Of a DNA stretch of 64,000 bases, positions 9,616 to 17,120 are shown piece after piece. Below the pieces are notes generated by a model. The model saw nothing but the letters and a program-made list of their open reading frames with translations, was not told the DNA's origin and did no database searches. A program made the translations under genes and the position numbers. How positions within the stretch are numbered: position 1 is the stretch's first letter; each line of letters opens with the position of its first letter. This DNA comes from Chloroflexota bacterium (GTDB lineage: Bacteria; Chloroflexota; Limnocylindria; Limnocylindrales; CSP1-4), in assembly GCA_025935925.1 (NCBI GenBank), contig JAICUI010000003.1, positions 13,018 to 77,017 on the forward strand, given 5' to 3'.

Positions 9616-11010
9616 ATGCGGGTGCGGCGGGTGCCCTCGCTCGACACGGTGGCGCCGATGGACGCCGCCGAGGCGTTCCGCGACCTGCCGGGCGTCGCCC
9701 TGCTCGAGAGCGCGCGGCCCGGCCGGACCGGACGCTGGAGCTACCTCACGGCGGACCCGCTGGCGGTCATCGACGCGCCGGCCGAGGGCCCGGACCCGTT
9801 CGCGGAAGCCCGGGCGTTGCTCGGGCGCATGGCATCCGATCCGGCTGCCGGGGCGACCGGTCTGCCTCCGTTCGCCGGCGGGCTCGTCGGATACCTCGGC
9901 TACGACCTCGGCCGGCGGTTCGAACGGCTGCCGTCCATCGCCGCGGTGGACCAGCACCTGCCGGTGCTGCGGCTGGCGCTTCACGATTGGGTGCTCGCGT
10001 GGGACCGGCGCTCGGGTGCCGCGTGGCTCGCGAACCGGGCGATCGACGGGGACGAGCGCAGGGCGCTGCGTCGCGCCGACGAGGTGCTCGAGCGGCTGGC
10101 CCGCCTTCCCGGGGGGACGGCTCGAGGTCACGCGGATGGCACGGAACCCCCGTCCGCGTTCGTCTCGGCAACATCGAAGCCGGCCTGGGTCGACGGCGTC
10201 GAGGCGGTTCGCGCGGCCATCGGTCGCGGCCACATCTACCAGGCGAACCTCACGCGGCGGCTGGCAGCGCCGTTCGCCGACGACCCGTGGCCGGTGTTCC
10301 GCCGGCTGCGAACGGGCGATCCCGCGCTGTTCGCGGCGTTCCTGGACCTCGGGCCGTCGCCCGCGACGGGAACGCCGCGCGCGCTGCTGTCCGCGTCGCC
10401 GGAACCGTTCCTCTCGGTCGACGGCGAGGGGCACGTCAGCGCGGACCCGATCAAGGGCACGCGGCCCCGAGGCCGGACACGGGACGAGGACCGGGCGCTG
10501 GCCCGCGAGCTCCTCGGCTCGGCCAAGGACCAGGCGGAGAACGTGATGATCGTCGACGTCCTGCGCAACGACCTCGGGCGGGTCTGCGAGCCCGGCTCGG
10601 TGCGGGTCCCGCGACTCCTGCGGCTCGAGCGGACGGCGGCGGTCCAGCACCTCGTGACGACGGTGACGGGCACGCTCCGGCCGGGCATCGACGCCTTCGA
10701 CCTCCTGGCCGCGTCGTTCCCGGGCGGCTCGATCACCGGGGCGCCCAAGATCCGCGCCATGGAGCTCATCGAGCAGCTCGAGCCGGTTCGCCGGGGCCCG
10801 TATTGCGGCGCGATGGTCTGGCTCGGTCCGGACGGCCGCCTCGGTTCGTCGATCCTGATCCGGACGTTCGTCGCGGACGGCGAGCGAATGACGCTGCACG
10901 TCGGCGGCGGGATCACCTGGCGCAGCGACCCCGAGGCCGAGTGGGACGAGACCGTGGCCAAGGCGCGCGGGCCGCTGTCGTCGATCGGCGCGCTCGAGGT
11001 GGCGGGATGA
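9616..11010 (+). CDS. pabB: Aminodeoxychorismate synthase component I / anthranilate synthase-like chorismate-binding enzyme
   Basis: LLESA, YLGYDLG, IYQANLT, SPEPFL, PIKGTRPRG, AENVMIVDVLRNDLGRVC, FPGGSITGAPKIRAME. Start uncertain (9538 or 9616). Confidence 0.88.
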   Translation: MRVRRVPSLDTVAPMDAAEAFRDLPGVALLESARPGRTGRWSYLTADPLAVIDAPAEGPDPFAEARALLGRMASDPAAGATGLPPFAGGLVGYLGYDLGRRFERLPSIAAVDQHLPVLRLALHDWVLAWDRRSGAAWLANRAIDGDERRALRRADEVLERLARLPGGTARGHADGTEPPSAFVSATSKPAWVDGVEAVRAAIGRGHIYQANLTRRLAAPFADDPWPVFRRLRTGDPALFAAFLDLGPSPATGTPRALLSASPEPFLSVDGEGHVSADPIKGTRPRGRTRDEDRALARELLGSAKDQAENVMIVDVLRNDLGRVCEPGSVRVPRLLRLERTAAVQHLVTTVTGTLRPGIDAFDLLAASFPGGSITGAPKIRAMELIEQLEPVRRGPYCGAMVWLGPDGRLGSSILIRTFVADGERMTLHVGGGITWRSDPEAEWDETVAKARGPLSSIGALEVAG

Positions 11011-11915
11011 CCGGCGACGGACCGCGGTTCGTGTGGATCGACGGGTCGATCCGCGCCGCCGGCGAGCCGCATCTCACCGTGTTCGATCGCGGGTTCCAGC
11101 TGGGCGACGGCGTGTTCGAGACCCTCCGCGCGCGAGCCGGGCGCACGATCGAGCTCGCCGAGCACGTCGCGCGCCTGCGCGCGTCGGCCTCGGCGCTGGC
11201 GATCGACCTCCCGGACGGCGTCGGCGCGCTGCTCGAGACCGGCATCGACGAGCTGCTGGCGGCGGAGGGTCTGGACGGCGCCGATGGCGACGCATCGATC
11301 CGGATCACGGTCTCGCGCGGCTCGTGGGCGTCGCGCGGCCTGCTCCCGCCGAGCGACCTCCAGCTGCGGCCGACGATCGCGATCCAGGCATGGCCTGTCC
11401 TCCCGCCGCCGGCGGACCACCTGGAGCGCGGGCTGTCGCTCGTCGTGTCGTCGATCCGCCGCGACCCGGCGAACCCGGTCGTGACCCTCAAGACGACCTC
11501 CCGCGCCGACTACGTCTACGCCCGGCTCGAGGCCCGCCGCGCCGGCGCTGAGGATGCGGTGTTCCTCACGATGTCGGGGCACCTGTCCGAGTCGACGACC
11601 GCGAACATCTTCCTCGTCCGCCGGGCGGCCGACGGGGTCGAGGAGCTGGCGACGCCGGCGCTCGACTGCGCGATCCTGCCCGGGACGACGCGCTCGTGGC
11701 TCCTCCGGTGGGCCGGCGGCGCCGGGCTGCGGCCGTTCGAGGGCTGGCTCACCCGCGACGAGCTGGCCGCCGCCTCGGAGGCGTTCGTGTGCTCGAGCGT
11801 CGCCGGCGTCCTGCCCGTGACACGGCTGAACGGCCACGCGATCGGGGACGGGACGCCCGGCCCGTGGACGCTGCGCGCACGCGCCGACCGCGACGCCGTG
11901 TTCGGTTCGCGCTAG
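11007..11915 (+). CDS. Class IV aminotransferase (4-amino-4-deoxychorismate lyase / BCAT-like)
   Basis: DRGFQLGDGVFETLR, LKTTS (PLP Lys), ESTTANIF, ILPGTTR, EAFVCSSVAGVLPV; ATGA overlap with pabB. Confidence 0.88.
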   Translation: MTGDGPRFVWIDGSIRAAGEPHLTVFDRGFQLGDGVFETLRARAGRTIELAEHVARLRASASALAIDLPDGVGALLETGIDELLAAEGLDGADGDASIRITVSRGSWASRGLLPPSDLQLRPTIAIQAWPVLPPPADHLERGLSLVVSSIRRDPANPVVTLKTTSRADYVYARLEARRAGAEDAVFLTMSGHLSESTTANIFLVRRAADGVEELATPALDCAILPGTTRSWLLRWAGGAGLRPFEGWLTRDELAAASEAFVCSSVAGVLPVTRLNGHAIGDGTPGPWTLRARADRDAVFGSR

Positions 11916-12529
11916 CCGCTCGTCGCCGGACGGCCGCTCGTCGCCGGACGGCCGCCCACCTCGGCCGGTCGCTCCCCGCGGCGGCACGCGGCGACGAGCG
12001 AGGCGAGCCGCTTCTCGCGGGTCTCGGGCCGCTTCGCGCTCATCACCCATTGCGTGACGAGCCGCCGGTAGCTCTTCGGGTAGGCCTCGAAGGTCGCCCA
12101 CGCGACCGGGTCCGCCTTGAGGGCCGCCTCGGCGGCGTCGTCGAGCGCCCAGTTCCCGTCGAACGAGTAGATCGCGGTCCGGTCGTCACGGCGCGCCGCG
12201 AACGCCGCCTCGCCCGCGGGCCGCATGCGGCCCTCGGCACGGAGGGCCGCAACCCGGGCCACGTTCCTCGCGCTCCAGTTGCTGCCCGCGCGCCGGGGCG
12301 TGATCCGGATGACCGACCCGTGCTCGCCTTTCTTGCGGATCCCGTCGATCCAGCCGAAGGCGAGGACCTCGTCGACGACCTCCTCCCAGGTCACCGTCGG
12401 CAGCCCGGCCGCCTTCGGACGCATCCCGACCCACTTCTCGGGGGCCGTGGCGTGGTTCGCCTCGAGCCAGGCGCGAAGCTCCGCGGGCGATTCGAACCAG
12501 GTGATGTCGTACGGGGTGAGGTCGGCCAC
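11912..12529 (-). CDS. YdeI/OmpD-associated family protein
   Basis: FESPAELRAWLEANH; EVLAFGWIDG; ITPRRAGSNWSARN; AKRPETREKRL. Confidence 0.85.
   Translation of the reverse strand: MADLTPYDITWFESPAELRAWLEANHATAPEKWVGMRPKAAGLPTVTWEEVVDEVLAFGWIDGIRKKGEHGSVIRITPRRAGSNWSARNVARVAALRAEGRMRPAGEAAFAARRDDRTAIYSFDGNWALDDAAEAALKADPVAWATFEAYPKSYRRLVTQWVMSAKRPETREKRLASLVAACRRGERPAEVGGRPATSGRPATSG
11916..11953. repeat. 18-bp tandem duplication GCCGCTCGTCGCCGGACG x2 at the 3' end of the YdeI gene
   Basis: Encodes the repeated RPATSG at the C-terminus. Confidence 0.75.
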
Positions 12530-12570
12530 GCGCCGAGGGTATCGAGGCGACGCGCCATAGACTGGCGTGA

Positions 12571-13110
12571 ATGACGCGTGACGAGCTGATCCTCCGGACC
12601 CGCCAGCTGATCGCCGAGGGCGAGCGCCTCGACGCCCAGCCCTCGCTCACCGCCCTCCAGACGTGGCTCCAGCTGTCGGACGACCTGCTCGCGACCGCGT
12701 GGGGATCGATGGACCGCTATCACCTCGCGTGGCTGCTGGTCGGCAAGCCGAAGGACACGATCCGCGGGCGCGCGCTGACGGCCGCCGAGGAGGCCGCGTA
12801 CGTCCGCGAGGTGGCCGTGCAGAAGACCGCCGCGCTCCGGATGAGCCTCGACGCCGTCGAGCGGCAGGGCATGCCGTTCCGTGGCGAGACCGGTGGGATC
12901 GCCGCGGGCCAGGGGATGGGCGAGGTGCCGTCGACCGAGCCGCTCGACCGTCCGGGGACGGACCGTCACGAGCACCCGCAGCTCGAGTCCCGCCGCTCGA
13001 TCCCGCTCGACGCCGACCTCCAGGCGCGTCTCGACGCCGCCCGCCGCGCCGCGGCCGAGCACCCGGACCACGTCCGCCGGGCGCCGCGACCCGAGAAGCT
13101 CCAGCGGTGA
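12571..13110 (+). CDS. Hypothetical protein
   Basis: 179 aa, helical N-terminal domain, GC3 bias. Confidence 0.75.
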   Translation: MTRDELILRTRQLIAEGERLDAQPSLTALQTWLQLSDDLLATAWGSMDRYHLAWLLVGKPKDTIRGRALTAAEEAAYVREVAVQKTAALRMSLDAVERQGMPFRGETGGIAAGQGMGEVPSTEPLDRPGTDRHEHPQLESRRSIPLDADLQARLDAARRAAAEHPDHVRRAPRPEKLQR

Positions 13111-13135
13111 CGGCGTCCTCGCCGGCGGACGGCGG

Positions 13136-13645
13136 TCAGCGGGCCCGATAGGCAGCAACCAATGCGCCCACGACCAGCGCCGCCGGCGCGACGAGCCAGT
13201 ACCGCTCGGCGACGTACGGCACGTAGCCCATCACGCCGCCCTGGGTGAGCCCGTACAGCCAGTCGAGGAGCGTGCCGGCGACGACGGACCAGCCGCCGAG
13301 GAACGCCGCGGTCGCCATCCGGGTCTGTGACGCGCGGATCGCCGCGTCGCGACCCTTGTAGACCAGCGCGACCGCCGTCGCCCAGCCCACGAACGCGGCG
13401 ACGGCGACGAGCCCGAACCCGAGGTCCAGCAGCCCGAGCACGAAGAACGCGACCGCGCCGGCATCCGCCACGATGACCGCGGCGATGATCCAGCGGGACC
13501 CGCCGCCGGCCGAGGTCGCCGCCGGCGATGCCGCCGCGCCCGACTCGGCCGCCGCCGCGTACCGGTCGCCGGGCGCACGCTCCAGGCGCCGTCGCTCGCC
13601 GCCGTCGCTGGGCGGGCGGGTCGCTGGGTCGGGTCCCGTGGCCAT
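13136..13645 (-). CDS. Hypothetical membrane protein (about 4 TM)
   Basis: Several hydrophobic segments; ATG start. Confidence 0.75.
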   Translation of the reverse strand: MATGPDPATRPPSDGGERRRLERAPGDRYAAAAESGAAASPAATSAGGGSRWIIAAVIVADAGAVAFFVLGLLDLGFGLVAVAAFVGWATAVALVYKGRDAAIRASQTRMATAAFLGGWSVVAGTLLDWLYGLTQGGVMGYVPYVAERYWLVAPAALVVGALVAAYRAR

Positions 13646-13690
13646 GGCCTGATGCTACGCGCGGCGACCCGGCACGGTATCCTCGCCGCC

Positions 13691-14179
13691 GTGAGCCATC
13701 CGACGCTCGGCAAGCCGCCGCGCAGCCTCCACGCCGGGTTTCCGGACGGCGCCGCGCGCCTTCGCTCGATGCGCGCCCCGCTCGCCGTCCGTGCGCTGGA
13801 GATCGCGGTCGACGCCGACCCGACCCTCAACATCCGCTACGACGAGCCCGGCCTGCGGAACCTGCTGCGCGACGCCGAGGTGTTCGTCGAGCGCCTCGCG
13901 CTGTGCGTCGCGGCCGACGATCCGTACTTCCTCGAGCACTTCGCCGATCAGACCGCGACGATCTTCCGTCGGCGCCTCGTGCCGATGGACGACGTGAGCC
14001 GGATCCTCGAAGGCCTCCGGTCGGGCGCCCGGGGAATCCTGTCGCCGGCCGAGATCGGCGCGGCCGATCGGGGCATCGACGCCGCCATCGCCGTGTACGC
14101 CTGGTATCGCCAGATCGCAGGCGACCCGCGCAAGAAGAACCCGATCCTGCAGGCGATCTACAAGGGGATCGGCTCGTGA
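13691..14179 (+). CDS. Globin/phycobiliprotein-fold-like protein of unknown function
   Basis: YDEPGLRNLLRDAEVFVERLALCVAADDP..LVPMDDVSRIL aligns by eye, in register, with allophycocyanin helices. Start 13652 or 13691. Confidence 0.75.
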   Translation: MSHPTLGKPPRSLHAGFPDGAARLRSMRAPLAVRALEIAVDADPTLNIRYDEPGLRNLLRDAEVFVERLALCVAADDPYFLEHFADQTATIFRRRLVPMDDVSRILEGLRSGARGILSPAEIGAADRGIDAAIAVYAWYRQIAGDPRKKNPILQAIYKGIGS

Positions 14180-14505
14180 CCATCAAGTGGGTCAAGGTCG
14201 ACCCCCTGGTCATGAACGGCGAGCCGTTCTGCTACGGCACGCGACTCACCGTCCGCCAGGTCCTGGAGCTGCGCCGCAACGGCTACGCCCTCGTCGACCT
14301 CCTGAAGGACCATCCCGAGCTGCGGCTCATGGGAATCGCCTCGGCGTACGCGTACGCGGCCGACCATCGCGATCACTACGCCGACTTCTTCGAGGCCGAC
14401 GGGTCGCTCGTGGGGCCCGGCTACACCGCCGACGAGGCCGCCGCGCTGCCCGAGCGGCTGCGGATCCCGGGCATCGTCGTCAAGGCCGTGGCGACACCCG
14501 TCTAG
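14176..14505 (+). CDS. DUF433 domain protein
   Basis: VDPLVMNGEPFCYGTRLTVRQVLELRRNG....LLKDHPEL; GTGA overlap with the upstream gene. Confidence 0.85.
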   Translation: MTIKWVKVDPLVMNGEPFCYGTRLTVRQVLELRRNGYALVDLLKDHPELRLMGIASAYAYAADHRDHYADFFEADGSLVGPGYTADEAAALPERLRIPGIVVKAVATPV

Positions 14506-14993
14506 CGGGCCTGATCCTCGGGCTTCACGTACGGCCCCATCACCACGACCTCGGCGGTCTGCTCCGAGCCGTCGGGCGACCGGACGACGAACGCGTGGTG
14601 GAGTTCCGCCGAACCCGACGCGAGCGTCGACCCGACCGAGCAGTACTTGCGGCTCGACAGGTCGATCGCGCGGCGGACGGCCGCGAGGTCCAGGCCCTCG
14701 CCGTCGAGGACGTGGACGACGTCGAAGCGGACGAACGCGTGCGGGTTGGTCTCGCGCTGACGCCCGGTGACGCGGATCTGGTAGCCCGTGACCGGCTGGC
14801 GCTGCTTGCGCAGGATCGCGATGACGTCGATCGCGGTGCAGCCGCCGAGCGCGATCCCGACGAGCTCGGCGGGGCTCGGCGCGTCCGCGATGTCCGAACC
14901 TCCCTCCATCGCGATCCTCGCGCCCGCGGCCGTCGTCGCCTCGAAGCGGGAGTCGCCGGTCAGCGTGATCGTCGCCACCTTGGTCGTGCTCAT
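14502..14993 (-). CDS. OsmC/YhfA-family protein
   Basis: PSPAELVGIALGGCTAIDV...AIDLSSRKYCSVG (two Cys). Start 14993 or 15005. Confidence 0.88.
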   Translation of the reverse strand: MSTTKVATITLTGDSRFEATTAAGARIAMEGGSDIADAPSPAELVGIALGGCTAIDVIAILRKQRQPVTGYQIRVTGRQRETNPHAFVRFDVVHVLDGEGLDLAAVRRAIDLSSRKYCSVGSTLASGSAELHHAFVVRSPDGSEQTAEVVVMGPYVKPEDQAR

Positions 14994-15063
14994 GACCGCC
15001 ATCATGCCGCCCGCGCGCAGGCCGGGTGCCCCGGCTCGGCATTCCCGACCATCGTGCTAGGAT

Positions 15064-15408
15064 TTGGCCACGATGACCGAGACGCAGCAGCCCGCCCAGC
15101 CCGCGACCGCCGACCCCGGGTTCGACGCGCAGCGGCGCGCCACCGAGCTCGCGATCCTCGACGCGTTGCGTGCGGTCGTGGACCCGGAGATCGGGATGAA
15201 CGTCGTCGAGCTGGCCCTGATCAAGCAGATCCTGCTCGGCCAGCAGGAAACCGAGATCAAGATGATCCTCACGACGCCGTTCTGCCCGTACGCCGGCGCG
15301 ATGATCCAGCAGGTGCGCGAGCAGGCCGAGAGCGTCGTCGAGCACCCGGTCAAGGTCACGCTGCTGGCCGAGCGCTGGGACCCCCGCGACGCGGGGCTGA
15401 TGTGGTGA
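15064..15408 (+). CDS. DUF59/SufT-like metal-sulfur cluster assembly factor
   Basis: VVDPEIGMNVVEL...LTTPFCP...WDP motif. Confidence 0.88.
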   Translation: MATMTETQQPAQPATADPGFDAQRRATELAILDALRAVVDPEIGMNVVELALIKQILLGQQETEIKMILTTPFCPYAGAMIQQVREQAESVVEHPVKVTLLAERWDPRDAGLMW

Positions 15409-15428
15409 CCCCGCCACCAGCGCGCGCG

Positions 15429-16085
15429 ATGAGCCAGCGCCTCGACTACCGCTCGGCGGTCGCCACCGGCCGCGGCGATGACGGCACCACGGGTCTCCTG
15501 TTCGGCGGCGAGCGTGTCGCCAAGGACGACCTGCGCACCGAGGCCTACGGGACGGTCGACGAGGCCGTGGCGGCGATGGGCCTCGCGCGGGTCGAGCTCG
15601 CCGAGGCGGGCGCGACCGAGCTCACGGCCACGATCCTCAGGCTCCAGCGCGAGCTGTTCGTCGTCGGCGCGGAGCTCGCGACCAACCCGGACGCCCGGGA
15701 CCGGGCACGCGACGACGTGACCCGCGTGTCGCAGGCGATGGTCGACGGCGTCGACGCGCTGCTCCGCGAGGCCGAAGCCGGCATCGAGCTCCCGCACGAG
15801 TTCATCGTCCCCGGCGAGACGCGCGCCTCGGCCGCGCTCGAGGTCGCGAGGACGCTCCTCCGCCGCGCCGAGCGCCGGACCGTGACGCTCGCGCGCGAGG
15901 ACGCCGCGATTGCCGAGGGCCGTACCCTTCCGTACCTGAACCGCCTCGCCGACCTGCTGTGGATCCTGGCGCGAGCCGCCGAGCAGGCCGAATCGAAGAC
16001 CTCCGTCGCCGCCCGTCCGGATCGACGGCGCGGCCCGTCCCCCGACCCGGCACCAACACCCGAAGGAGCAGGAGCACCGACATGA
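15429..16085 (+). CDS. PduO-type cob(I)alamin adenosyltransferase
   Basis: TGRGDDGTTGL..G.RVAKDD.RTEAYGTVDEA; ARTLLRRAERR; YLNRLADLLW. Lies within track ORF 14187..16085. Confidence 0.9.
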   Translation: MSQRLDYRSAVATGRGDDGTTGLLFGGERVAKDDLRTEAYGTVDEAVAAMGLARVELAEAGATELTATILRLQRELFVVGAELATNPDARDRARDDVTRVSQAMVDGVDALLREAEAGIELPHEFIVPGETRASAALEVARTLLRRAERRTVTLAREDAAIAEGRTLPYLNRLADLLWILARAAEQAESKTSVAARPDRRRGPSPDPAPTPEGAGAPT

Positions 16086-16825
16086 GCGGTACCCCGTCGA
16101 ACCCCTACAACTCGTACGGACCTCCCCCGTCCCCGATCCAGCTCGGCGTCCGGCCGGCGCCCGCGCTCGTCCAGCAGCTGCTGGTCGGCGCGTTCGGCTG
16201 GATGTTCGCCGGCCTCCTGGTGTCCGCCGCCGTCGCCTATCTCGTGGGCACCAACGTCCAGCTGCTCACGACGGTCTCGCAGTGGTGGTTCCTGCTGTTC
16301 ATCGCGCAGATCGGGCTGGTCGTCGTGATCACGGCCGGGATCCGCAGGCTGTCCGCGACGGCCGCGCTCGGCCTGTTCTTCGTCTACGCGGCGACGATGG
16401 GGCTGACGATCGGCGTGGTGGTCTGGGCGTACCTCCAGACGCCGGGCGGGAGCACCGCCGTCTCGTCGGCGTTCTTCTCGGCGGCCGCCATGTTCGGCGC
16501 GGCGGCCCTCTACGGCGCCGTCACGAAGCGTGACCTCACGAAGCTCGGTGGGATCCTGTTCATGGGCCTGATCGGGATCATCGTCGCGTCGCTGATCAAC
16601 ATCTTCCTGGGGTCGAGCCAGCTGTACTGGCTGATCTCGATCGTAGGCGTGGTGATCTTCACCGGCCTGACGGCGTGGGACGTGCAGCGCATCTCCAGCG
16701 GCCAGCTGGCGGCCGTGACCGGGTCGCCGGAGAAGGGCTCGGTGATCGCGGCGCTGTCGCTGTACCTCGACTTCGTCAACCTGTTCCTGTTCCTGCTCCG
16801 CATCTTCGGCGGCAGCCGCAACTAG
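16082..16825 (+). CDS. Bax inhibitor-1/YccA-family membrane protein
   Basis: 7-TM pattern; TKRDLTKLG; TAWDVQRI; ALSLYLDFVNLFLFLLRIFG. Confidence 0.92.
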   Translation: MSGTPSNPYNSYGPPPSPIQLGVRPAPALVQQLLVGAFGWMFAGLLVSAAVAYLVGTNVQLLTTVSQWWFLLFIAQIGLVVVITAGIRRLSATAALGLFFVYAATMGLTIGVVVWAYLQTPGGSTAVSSAFFSAAAMFGAAALYGAVTKRDLTKLGGILFMGLIGIIVASLINIFLGSSQLYWLISIVGVVIFTGLTAWDVQRISSGQLAAVTGSPEKGSVIAALSLYLDFVNLFLFLLRIFGGSRN

Positions 16826-16885
16826 CCGACGCGGCCTACCGGCGCCCGACCGCGCCCGTGGCGCCGGCAGCGCCGCGGCTGCCCG

Positions 16886-16955
16886 GCGCCCGGAATCGCG
16901 CAGCAGCTGGCCGTCGCCCGGCCCATGGCGCCCCGAGCGCCCGGAATCGCACAGC
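16886..16955. repeat. 19-bp near-perfect direct repeat GCGCCCGGAATCGC(G/A)CAGC x2
   Basis: Copies at 16886-16904 and 16937-16955, in the intergenic region between convergent genes. Confidence 0.7.
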
Positions 16956-17120
16956 CAGGGCCCGTCCGGGTGGTGCCGGCGCCCGGCTGGGACCGGATTT
17001 GGCCCGGAAAGGGTCTGACCGGGCGCCCACCCCGCCCGCTGCACGTGCCCGAACGCTGAATCGTTCGCCCGGAGCGCCCGCCGGCGCGCCGGCGCGCGCC
17101 ACGTTACGCCGCGCGCCGCG

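Noticed and set aside
8206-11010. Apparent large fusions in the ORF track (8206..11010, 8278..10899, 14187..16085, 22242..23702, 35729..37462, 43006..44721, 44456..46312, 54227..55198, 56806..58212)
   Set aside because: Only the C-terminal parts are real genes. The N-terminal extensions overlap other genes or intergenic DNA, and internal starts with RBS or stop/start overlaps are evident.
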